A stretch of 64,000 nucleotides of DNA from Psammoneis japonica (lineage: Eukaryota): the NCBI GenBank assembly GCA_008632985.1, contig QPGO01000047.1:422212-486211 (forward strand), written 5' to 3'. The position numbers were made by a program, and so were the translations under genes. Below are positions 26,801 to 37,649 of this stretch, in pieces (position 1 is the first letter of the stretch; every line of letters begins with the position of its first letter). A model generated the notes under the pieces. It was given only the letters and a program-made list of their open reading frames with translations. It had not been told where the DNA came from and made no database searches.

Positions 26801-28317
26801 GTTTCAGTGACAGAGCAATGGATTTTGTTGTTTTGCCAGGTGTTTGGGTGTTGAGTGCGTGGTTCAAACCTGGGATGTGTCATGTGTCAGGGGCAGCAAC
26901 AGTCACTTTGTCAGTGGGCTGACATCATCTGGCACTGAGCAAAAATGAATCAAAGGGTGGTCAAGCAGCATGATGTGTCAGAGATGAGGAAGCAACAGAT
27001 CTTTGCCGACAAAGTCAATTTGGAGTTCCTTGTGATTCAAAAATCTTGATGAATTTCCAGCGCCAATGCCACCACAATGTGCGATGGGGACGTGCCCTGC
27101 TCACCACAATTCTGAGAAGAAAACACAAGCAGATCCTTTTTTGTGCCGTGGTCAATGTGCAGTGGCAGTGGTGCAGTGTTTTTGGCTCCATGTCAGAAAC
27201 AATGATGCACAGTGTTTCAAACTTGGGGTGAGCGCAACTTGCAGCAGATGACAAGCACAAGATGGCATGCAAAAATGTCAGCAGAAACTGAGCCAAGCCT
27301 TCTTCTGCTTCTTCCAATGGCAACAAATTGGTGGGGTTGGCTGCCAGAATGCCAGAGAAGCAGTTTTGGCAGACGTGGCATTGCCCCTGCTCTGCTCAGT
27401 CATGGCACAATGTGTGCAGTGTTGTTTTGCAGTTGACATTGAATGTCCAGAACGACAACACAGCACTTTGTGGCAGCATTGACTGCAGCAATGACAACAA
27501 CAACAGCACTGCTGCAGGCTTCATCAATCAAACAAACCAAGAGCAAAATGACAAAAACCCTCATTCACACTGACAAAAATGAGTGAGCGGTTCCCAAGAT
27601 TTGCTCCAGCCACTGTTTGCATGCACTTCAAAAAGTGGTGCGCTGTTCTGTGTGCTGTTTCTAGTTTCTTCAATGACAACACAGAAGATGACGGCCTTTT
27701 CATCATTGCACATTTCTTTGCTGCCATGGGAGGCAGTGCGTGCCCTGTTGCAACCCTCTCTGGCCAGACGACAACAAATCACAGCAGTGAAAATGTCCTG
27801 TGGGCATTTGACATTTTATCTCAAAATGACTTGCTCAATGAGCATGACCATGACAATGGAGTGGAGATGTGTTTTGGGGTGTCTTTCTCTTCCCCCCCCC
27901 CCCCCCCCGTGCCAGATGCAGCCCCCCCAAGCTGGGAGTTGGGACACACCACACACAACACACATCATGGCAGTGCTGAAAGTGTCAAGCTGCCGTTGGG
28001 GAGTGGACCCTTGCATTGCTTGCTGCAGAGCTGCAGATCAAAAAAGCAGTGATGGCATTCCAGGCATTGGGAGCATGGCCATGTCTGACAATGGTGAAGA
28101 AACAAATTTTGATTTGTGCTTCTTCAACACAAGCAAAGACAGCAAGGTTCCACAGGTGCACCAAGCACACATGATCAATCAAAATCAAATGAAGAGCTCC
28201 TTTGAGTGTTGAAATGCCCAGAGATGTCTGTGCCCAAGAAAGTCAGACAAGGCATGGCAAAACAGAAGAAGAGACAAAAACAAAACAAGCAAACAAATGC
28301 CACTTGGCACCATGTCA

Positions 28318-28420
28318 GATGTGTTCCAGCCGCACGTGACCCAAACCATGTGCAAAAACAACATTTGCGCAATTTTTGCACGGTCTCTCACTTGTGAACG
28401 AGCTTTCACCACCAAAAGCA
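28318..28420 (+). repeat. Dispersed repeat with an inverted homologue at ~47895-48002
   Basis: TGTGTTCCAGC..CACGTGA.CCAAA...ATTTTTGC..GTCTCT.ACTTG.GAAC.AGCTTT matches the reverse complement of ~47895-48002. Confidence 0.65.
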
Positions 28421-31293
28421 CAAATTTGTCCAAAATTGAATGTTTTGCAACACTGACAAGACTTGCATCAGTGTTGCAATGTCATCATTTTTGTGCCATC
28501 CATGTTTTTCATTGTGACAAACGCAGCACAAAACAGATGATTTCTGGCAAAATGATTGCCATCATTGAGTGTCAAATTGAATGCTTTTTCTGCAAGACCT
28601 TCTGCTGGTGCCCAAGGCCAGGCTGCTGCAAATGCCTCTTGATGAGTGATGCAGAAAATTGCTTGTTTGTTGCTGTTTCCTGATGTCCAGCACTTTTGCA
28701 CATCAAACCCCAGCCCCAGGTGTGTGCAATCATGCACTGCAGCTTTTCCAACCAGGGCATGCAAAGCCAGGGAAGTCACATTTGGCTCAGGGTGCTGTGT
28801 GGAGACTTGACTTTGACCCCACACAGCTGCAATTGTTTTGGATCACCAATTGACGCACCAACTCTTGTTGTTGCAGGCCCTTCTCACAGTTCAGTCCGTG
28901 AACTTTTGGTGCTGAGAGTTGTTGGCCACACAACTTGCAATTTTCTTGACTGTGGTGCCACTGTGCCATTTCCATTCCTTGTGTGTGCTGCAAACAAAGT
29001 TTTGCTGAGGAGGCTTCATTTGAGTCCAAATGTTGGAAACTGTAAAATGTTGAGCTGCATTGGTTCTTGAGGAACATGGTGATCAGCATGAGACAACTGC
29101 AGCCAATGCCAAAATTGCAGAGTGTGTTGTTGGAAAAGAAAACCCCACCAATTGAGACACACTGGCCTGCCAGGTGCCTTTGATGGAGTCATTGCAAAAG
29201 ATTGCTTTTGAAATTTCTGCAATGCCAGCAAGTTTTGTTGACAATTGTTGGCATGGGTTGTGTCAGTTTTGCACACACACAATGCTTCCATCCAACATCA
29301 TTTTTCTTGTCTTTCAGGTTCTCTCATGTTGGCACTTGCAGAGTGCTTTCAAGTGAGCGGGTGATGTTTGTCATGCACCCCCTTGGCACCAGCTTTGTTG
29401 TGAGGTTGCAGCACACAGAAGATGCTGTCACTTTTCCAAATCTCTTGCCCAAAGCAATGAATTTGTGAGGCTTGCAAGCAGCCAATCATTTGGAGCTTTA
29501 GACTTTGCCAAAAAGGCTAAATTTCTGGATGAGAATGAAAGGACAAAGGTGGTGCACATCATTGTGTGGTTGGACCCCATTCTTGCAACATCTGTTTGTG
29601 GGATCCACCACCCATGCTGCAAGATTGCTCACATGCTTCACAGGCACAACAGCCAATGCTCTTTCTTCCCCACTCACAGTTTGAGTCTCCAATCAACTGG
29701 TTTTTTTTGCCTTTTTTGTGTCTGCACAATGTCGCTGCATCATGGAGGCATGGTCTGTGCCCTTGTTTGAGTCTGAGTCTCCACAAGGGACAGAAGGGAC
29801 AGTTTGTTGTTCTTGTGTCATGATCTTGACAATTGCCACCAACAACTTTGAGGATGGCAGGAACAAAGATGCAGACCAGTGATGACATTTGCAGATGAGA
29901 TTGGCTGCAAATGCTGTGTCAGCTTCTTTGAGTGTGCTTCAGTCCTGAGAGTGATGCTGTCACTCAATGCACTTTGTGAGGCATCCACAGAGTTCATTGC
30001 AGTTGCTGCAATGACAATGCTGCAATGACAATGCTGGAATTGCGTTTTGAGCACATTGCAGTGTGGCCACTGTTTCCAAATTGTGTTTCTGCAAGTTGCT
30101 TTTCAGAACAAAGGATGCAGGTGCTGCTGTGTGGCGCAAACCTTGCACACGCTCAGAACAATGCGGTGAGATGGAAGGTTGTTGAGTTGATTGGGGTCTT
30201 GCTTTTGCTCCAGGGTTTTGGTGGAGAGTTGTTTTTTCCTTGTTTTGTGGGCTTGAGCCAGGGCTGTGCCCAAGGAGGGGGACACCACACTTCTGAGCTG
30301 ACCTTTTGCACCACCTGCGAGACGAAATTCCCCCCCAACTCATAGAGTTGGGTCCCGCTCGTGACTTGCTTTCATCGAAGTCTGTCGACACATCATCGAC
30401 ACAAAATGGCGGTGCTGGGAGCTGAAAGCTACCGGTACAAGTTGTTCAGTGTGAAAGATCAGAGCACGCTAAAACGGAACCAATATTCGTGGGACATAAC
30501 TCACTGTGTGAATGTGTTGTTGGGATACGTTTAATGAAAAAGAATTGCTACCCGCTATCCACAAGCCCACAAACCATGTCGGAAGCTACGAAACCACCAA
30601 CTCCACACCAAGCGTCGTCCCTGCAAAACCAAAAGAAAAAAGGCAAACGTCCCCACCCTAATATCAACCACTCTCTCGTGGTCGTCCTCAGAAGAACCAA
30701 ATTTAGTCGAAGTGCAGTGTCTTGCTCCCTGCTGTAGTGTTGCGTGTTGTCGAGCTCACAAGGAGAAACTTTACAACTAGCCAGAAGAATCAAACGACGA
30801 AAACCAAAGTCCGTCACGAGCAAATATTATGTACCATCAAATGTTGATGTTTCGGGTCACGACGCCCATGGTGATCGAGTCTGCCATGATTGAATGAAAA
30901 CATGCCACGCAAACGATTGACACGTTGCTAGTTTTGATTGGCCGCCAGAGCATTCATCCACCTTCCTCGTTGCGCCTGTTGCGACATGTTAACGGCAGGC
31001 AGTGTGAAACTTGTCTTGACGCCAAAGCGAAAACCTTTCGGTCACATCTGGGGTCTTTTTCTGATGGGACTGCGTGGCACAAGGGCTCACGGATGTTCGA
31101 AACTCATGGCCCACCTACAATGACAGCAAGTCAGAAGCCTTCAAAAAGTCCTTCAACACGAGCTCGTCACTGTAAGCACGTGGAAAGGTGCTCGTAGTAT
31201 TGTGGGGTGATAAGAAAAGGGATGAAGCAGGAGAATTCATTGGACCGCTAGTTACTTACCATGACATACCTCGAATGATAGGTCAAGGAGTCG

Positions 31294-33448
31294 ATGAGTA
31301 TACGCGCTCCTTCTGCAGGTGACTATCAAGATTTCAGTAGGGACTATGACGATACAAAAGGTTATGCTAAGGCGGGTTTGGAACAGAAGGCGCTTGCTGC
31401 GACAAGCAGGGATGAAGCCCGACAGCAGAAGCTGGGGTCCATGATCAAAAGCCTGGGGTCTCTTCTTGATGAAAAATTCCGGACCTCTGTTGCAGAGTCG
31501 ATCTACCGCGCTCAGAGGGCATTTGTGGTTTCGTAGATTAATTGTGGGGACGTTCCAGTCAAGTACCAGTAGATCGTAGAAAAAACCTCTTATCGGGAAC
31601 GACCTACTACACCTGCAATTCAAAGACGAAAGCGTACGAGCCGTTCTTCGCCAAGAAGAACTACACCCTAACAACAAAAGGAGTGGACCAGGTTGTCGAG
31701 GACCGAGATTGTCAAGGTTCCTACACAATCAATTGTCATCATTGATGGTGGACCAACTGGTCTGACTTCTACCATTCACTGTACCGAGAATGCTTGATCA
31801 GCGAAGGAACGATGAAATTGTACGAATCTCGAGCTGCATTTGTCAAGGGCGGCTCTACGTTTGAGAGAGCTCAAATTGTTCGATCAGACCCCAGGTGGAG
31901 TGCCATGCTCCGCTATCATTTGTGCACTGGCCTTGAAGACCTATACTTCTGCAGGAGGTGAGACGGACTCTCATCTCTGAAATACTTTGTAAGTTTATTG
32001 AGTTACCTGCGCGTCGTTTCATATCTTTGTAGGGCTACTGCTTCAGAATGCTAACGATGATTATTATGCCCTATCGTCGAAATGTAGACCGACGCAGGGA
32101 TTCGTGGCGATCACGATCAAAGATCTTGAGAATATGCTCCATGTGGAAGTGAGCAACATGTGGTGGAAGGGTTTTGTACAGGTTCACACCCAGGCTGGAG
32201 CTCGGTATGATCGCGAAGACAACACTCTCACAAAAGATGGGAGTGCCCTAAAGATCGATGATCTAATTATTAATGGTTGAGTAAATATCAATGGCGCCAG
32301 GTGCAAGAACTACTACCGGTACCCATGAAGGGTGGCGGACATTGAATACAGCCAGGGACTTAGTCCGGACCAGCTGAGAACTGGTACTGAGTACGGGATC
32401 TACATTCGTGCCAAGAATGAGGTCGCCCCTTCGTGCTTATATATGGGCATTGATTTACATTGAGGCGTATACCTCTCTTCAAGTCCCTCTACCCTTCCAA
32501 ACTCGTCAAAGAAATCTTCCGGAGCCGGCATTTCCAACGAGACAAAAGGACTCGCATAGCAGGCTCGTGAGGTTTCTAAACTCCAAAAGGGCCAGATTCT
32601 CCGCCGTGAAATCCGCGACTTGGATGCTCTGTACTACGCCACTCGGGAGAGTGACATTGCGGTACGGACATTGCGGTACGCAGTTTAATTTTCATGCCGG
32701 TCTTTCACCTGTTGGGCCAACTTGTTGGCGACGTGTGCCAATTCTAACAAATCAACACGGATAGTAGAGCCCATCAAAACTTTGAAACCATCACAAGTGT
32801 GGCACTCTTTGCCACCACTTGGGGTGCCTTTTTGGCTGCGTTCTACTTGGTACGCAACCTGTTCTTGCTCTTAGGCCCTATCGTTGTCATTGGCAAATAG
32901 GTGCAGAGTGTTGTTTCGACGGATTCTCGTGATCGCATCAAGAAGGTGCGGTGGGTCACCTTGACGCAAATTCTGTAAACTATTTTGCGTTTGGGAGCGG
33001 CTCTTGCGGCGGCTCTGGCCTTGCCTTGGGTGTTTGCCGAGAACTTTCCCGATCAAATCAATACGGATCCAGAGCTTCCTGGTTGGACTTTGCCGTGGGA
33101 GCTGTTGGACCTTCCGTGCTGTCCACCATTTTGTTCTTCATTGTCGAGTACGGGATTCGTTACAACTTGACGCCCAAGTTAGATGAATTCGTGCGTGAAG
33201 CCTTTCGTGATGAGATTCAAGACATATACAATACTCTCGAGGTGCCCATCAACGTACAGGAGCTCGAAACGTGGGAGTCTGTGACGCGCGAGTTTCTTCA
33301 CAGGGACCGCATGGACACTGCCTTAGCTGCAGACCAGTACTTGCAGAGTGCGTGGAACAGATCCGCGATAAGTACTACACCGCAATGCTTAGCTTTAGTT
33401 GCTATTCGGGGAATAGCACCGACATTGCATCTCGAGAAAACAAAGTAG
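31294..33448 (+). pseudogene. Degraded FAD-dependent oxidoreductase/monooxygenase-like gene
   Basis: Rossmann-like IVIIDGGPTGL (~31730), then KLYESR..FERAQIVR..RW and ITIKDLENML. There are several stops and frameshifts. The last piece is ORF 32951..33448. Confidence 0.5.
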
Positions 33449-33606
33449 CAGCAAGTAAAATATTAGAGGATTGACCTGGTTGTTCCCTAAAACATGTAAC
33501 ACATTTTATAGCGCGTTTGAAAAAGCATCTAGAAGTGGATATCGCACAGATAGCACGTTCATATCTATGATGTTATCGTAGTCAAAGTCCGCTCTCAATT
33601 AATGCT

Positions 33607-34320
33607 CTATATGATCTCCTCCATCGTCACAAATGAATAACTCTTTTCTCTCCAGTCGTCGTATTCTTGCTCAACCGAAAGAACCTTAAACTTCGTCCCC
33701 GGTCGGAAAATGACCTCGCCTTCATTGCCATGCCTGGACAAGCCACGGACGTCAACCCCAGTTTTGCTTTTTATGCGAAATAGAGTCAAGTTACCGTCAT
33801 CATCATCCTTCCTGCTACTCATGAATGTGCCTTGACTTGTCCGGCGATTGATGGATGTACTGAGAAACGCTGGATCTGAATAAATGCAACCCGGCTCAAC
33901 TGTCACAAAAGAAGGCACGCATGTCCCGCGAAACACAGTTCCGGTAAATATGTTCACACCCGTGCGAACCCTTTTGTTGAGACCTTCCCACATCCAGTTG
34001 ACATAGCTCCGAATCCTATTCTCGCAAATATTGTCGGTGTTGAGCTCTCCGGTTCGAAGAAAACAGTTCATTTCCTTGTACCTGGTGCTTGTGTACTCGT
34101 ATATTGCCTCCTCGTTGTACTCGTCGAGTTCCGCTCGGAACTTCAGATACCAGAACAACTCTCGCCCGAACCATTCTCGCAACTCCTCTTCTTGCAGCCC
34201 CTCTACTTGCCTCTTTGTATGAACATAGTACCGCACCTCCTCGCACACGTCAATCATTTTGATCCTGGCCTCGTATACCGCAACGAGCCAAAGGCCAAAG
34301 GCCCGTATTCTCGCAAGCAT
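33607..34320 (-). CDS. Toxin-like ADP-ribosyltransferase (R-S-E clade, VIP2/C3-like fold), copy 1; start uncertain
   Basis: AIYEYTSTRYKEMNCFLR, TVFRGT, YSDPAFLSTS, LFRIKSKTGVDV and NEGEVIFRPGTKFKV. The start is placed at MLARIR, which is conserved in copy 2. The frame is open upstream to 34566. Confidence 0.88.
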   Translation of the reverse strand: MLARIRAFGLWLVAVYEARIKMIDVCEEVRYYVHTKRQVEGLQEEELREWFGRELFWYLKFRAELDEYNEEAIYEYTSTRYKEMNCFLRTGELNTDNICENRIRSYVNWMWEGLNKRVRTGVNIFTGTVFRGTCVPSFVTVEPGCIYSDPAFLSTSINRRTSQGTFMSSRKDDDDGNLTLFRIKSKTGVDVRGLSRHGNEGEVIFRPGTKFKVLSVEQEYDDWREKSYSFVTMEEII

Positions 34321-34354
34321 CGCCACAAGCCCAGCTTCACCACCATTGTAAGGA

Positions 34355-35000
34355 ACAATCTGTTGAGAGAGGCAAGGAGAAAACGAGTTTGTGAGCTTCT
34401 TTTGGGTAGACGACAAGACAAAACGAACGAAAAACATAAAGAACGGATAGGTCGAGACGTCCATCTCTAACGGTCCAAACACAAAGGTTTGGTAAGGCGT
34501 CCGCTGAGCCGCAAAAGTTTGAGGGGTGGAAGCAGTAAGTCCTTTTTCAACCCAGTCCTGACTCAAGGATTCTGGATCAATTCTCGATTGACGTACGAGA
34601 AGAACGTGATATTTGTGTAGGTGGGCCGCACCCGACGAGCATCATGAGTGAATACCCCTCGTCCTAATCCAACACTTTCTTTTTAGTAAGCACCAGCGTT
34701 TAACCGCCGGCCCGCCGTATCAGTATTGAACGTTCGCACCGCCATTGTCTTTCCGTGTTATCACAGACGAAAGAACAACCGGTCAGCACTGACTTCCCTT
34801 CACAAAGCGCCTGTTTGACGAGAAGTGAGAACAAGAATCGTGTTGCTTTTCTGTGTTGATTGGGGCGAGAGAAAAAGCGCGATCATTGTGTAGGATGCGT
34901 TTTCCGTTGAAATATCCAGTATTACATTTGCGTACAATGGACATCACGCTTTAGTCGTACGCTCGCCAATTCTTTCCACACGAATGACGTCACACACGAT
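34355..35000 (-). repeat. Upstream block shared by both ART genes (second copy 36611-37265)
   Basis: 34531-34818 and 36783-37067 differ at only about three positions by eye. The flanking parts are more diverged. Confidence 0.93.
34932..34992. promoter_or_regulatory. Motifs conserved upstream of both ART genes: GTACAATGGACATCACG and the palindrome TGACGTCA
   Basis: Present at 34932-34948 and 34985-34992, and at 37203-37219 and 37254-37261, within otherwise diverged sequence. Confidence 0.45.
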
Positions 35001-35922
35001 TTGAGTTGATTAATTGGACTTGAATCATTTGTCTGGCCTTGATGTCCCCGTGCTGAGTGAGTTTTCATTTACTCTTTTTAAAGCAAATTATCGACTGGAA
35101 ACAGGAAAGTTTTTGTGGATATCTGTATCATGTGTGCTGACTACAGAGGTATCTTTTGATAGCATAGGGTACTTCGTTCGTGAGAAGCGATGGGACCGGA
35201 GTGGTGCAGGCAGTGCGCCTTATTGTTGCATTCATAGTGCACAGGACCACGCTTGCAACAGGGGGGCTCAGATAAGCAAGACAACCTAGCGAAGGACTGG
35301 TCCTTATTTTGATCCTGCGCTCAACCTTCGACGCCGACCTGAGGCCTCGCATTAGAGACGTTGCTCATCCATTTCTCTGGAGCTTCCCCTAGCGTGAGAT
35401 ACAGGTTGAAAACCAGGAGATGCTCTGCTACGGTCTGTTGGTTCTGATTTTTGATGACTTCGAGCTCTTACGAACTCTTCTTAGAAGACAAAATCGGTAT
35501 CTTCCATGTTGGGAGAACCCGTGTTCGAGAAGTAGGCGGGCAAGTATACTCCACTAGCAAAAAACGCCAAGTATATGTAGAAGAGTCCCACCATCAAATA
35601 TGTTGCCACCCCCGCCCGAAACACTAGAAGTTGCATTACAAGACGAGATGTAAGATCCAAAGGTAGTAGGGAGGGCGTGAAGCAATGGGATACAAAAAGG
35701 AGGATGTGCGCAAAAACAACTAATGGTAGCACTAAAAAAAAAGTACTCGATTTTGAGAAAGTAACGAATGCACTTTTCTAGCTACTCTAGAGTGAACAAT
35801 ACTCTCTACGATAGGAATAATCACGCCAAGGCCTCACCTCCGGATGGAGCGGGAAGTTTTCTATGGTTGCCTTTTATCTTATGATTCAGCAGCTCCATGT
35901 CTTTGATACTCGTCACGAAAAC

Positions 35923-36570
35923 TTAATGAAGCTCACACATTGAAACAAACTTCCACTTTCCGTACTCGGGATCGTAGTGCTCTTCGACCGCGGTGATCAT
36001 AAACAAAGTCCCGGGACGAAAAAGAACTTCGGATTCAGCCTTGTTTTTGGATTCCTTCGTAACCTCCACACCCGATCGACTTTCAATCTTGAAGAGTGCA
36101 TTTTTCTTGCTTCCGCGAAAACCGCAAGCAACAGTCACTTTCCAAGAGGCACTCAAAAAAGCAGGGTCCGAGAATGTGGCTCCAGGACGCAACGAATTGA
36201 AACGAGCTCCACGAATGTTAGTGCCCCGGTGGACTGTACCTTGAAACACTGGACAATTTGATGATTTGCCCATCGCCTTTATGATGGCATCTACACGGGC
36301 TTTCATATCTTGACTCAGCTTTCCAGAGCGCAGGGCAGGATTTATCTCCTTGTAGCCACCACCGGTGTAGTCTCGCATGGCCTTTTTATCCGTCCTACGG
36401 TCAAACTTCAGTCGTTTCTTGATAGCAGCCGCAAAAAGTACCAGAGCTTGCTTTCGGGTCGACTTCACTGCCTCCCGTTCCTCCAAACGCTCCTTCAATT
36501 CCTCCACGAGATTGATTCGTGCGAATGCGAGCTTGATCCAGAAGCATAATTCCCGAATTCTGGAAAGCAT
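35923..36570 (-). CDS. Toxin-like ADP-ribosyltransferase, copy 2; start uncertain
   Basis: AMRDYTGGGYKEINPALR, TVHRGT, FSDPAFLSAS, LFKIESRSGVEV and AESEVLFRPGT. The start is placed at MLSRIR. The frame is open upstream to 36819. Confidence 0.88.
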   Translation of the reverse strand: MLSRIRELCFWIKLAFARINLVEELKERLEEREAVKSTRKQALVLFAAAIKKRLKFDRRTDKKAMRDYTGGGYKEINPALRSGKLSQDMKARVDAIIKAMGKSSNCPVFQGTVHRGTNIRGARFNSLRPGATFSDPAFLSASWKVTVACGFRGSKKNALFKIESRSGVEVTKESKNKAESEVLFRPGTLFMITAVEEHYDPEYGKWKFVSMCELH

Positions 36571-37448
36571 CTCCGACTGACGAGCTTCTTCTTCAATACC
36601 ATGATAGTTGACAATCTGTTGAGAGAGATGAAGAGAAGACGAGTTTGTGAGTTTCTTTTGGGTTGACATTAAGGCACAACGAACAAAGAACATGAAGGTC
36701 GAGAAGTCCATCTCTAACGGTCCAAACACAAAGGTCTGGTGAGGCGTCCGCTGAGCCGCAAAAGTTTTGGTAGAAATACAAGTAGCAGTAAGTCCTTTTT
36801 CAACCCAGTCCTGACTCAAGGATTCTGGATCAATTCTCGATTGACGTACGAGAAGAACGTGATATTTGTGTAGGTGGGCCGCACCCGACGAGCATCATGA
36901 GTGAATACCCCTCGTCCTAATCCAACACTTTCTTTTTAGTAAGCACCAGCGTTTAACCGCCGGCCCGCCGTATCAGCATTGAACGTTCGCACCGCCATTG
37001 TCTTTCCGTGTAATCACAGACGAAAGAACAACCGGTCAGCACTGACTTCCCTTCACAAGCGCCTGTTGAACGGAAAGTGAGAAGAAAAGTCGTGTTGCTT
37101 TCCGCGTGTTGATTGGTGGCGGGCGAGGAAAAGCGCGAGCTTGGGGCTGTTTAGTTTAGTTAATAGACATATTTGCCAGTAACAGATCCGTAGGATAAGC
37201 CTGTACAATGGACATCACGATTCAATACGCTCGCCCGCCACTTTCAACACGAATGACGTCACCAAAGATTCATCCGTCTGGCCTCGTCGGGTTCAATGGT
37301 GGGGCATCATACAATGAGCCGCCACAAAATGCAACAGAGCCCCTCTAGAGTGTCACAGCAACGACCGTAGTCATGGGGGTCAGCTCTCTGGTCCTCTAGG
37401 ATGGGTTTATCATCATTCGATGAGCCAACATACCGAGCAAGAGGACGG

Positions 37449-37640
37449 TGACAGAGTGCCGAAGGCATTGGGTGACGATGGTCCAAAGACTCCCCAAAGC
37501 ACCAGAACTGTGACAACACGAGTGCTGGTAAGAAAAGAGTGAGAAGCAGATCTCAGAGAGATCTGCTCGTCTATCTAAATGGTCTAGCCATCATCCGCAT
37601 CCAGTCTGTCCATCATACGACAGGTGCAGACAGGCTGACA
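37449..37640 (-). repeat. 3' LTR (192 bp) with adjacent PPT AGGGGAGGG at 37641-37649
   Basis: Homologous to 44612-44803. CCCTCCCCT follows immediately on the + strand. Confidence 0.93.
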
Positions 37641-37649
37641 CCCTCCCCT

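Larger units (their letters stand above)
25590..30400. other. TpA-depleted domain 2 (also CpG-poor)
   Basis: TA is almost absent and CG is scarce. Normal composition returns at ~30430. Confidence 0.9.

Noticed and set aside
33607..36570. ART genes as the enzyme causing TpA mutation
   Set aside because: Only proximity supports this. ExE motifs point to protein-Arg targets, and known DNA-modifying ARTs act on G or T without this signature.
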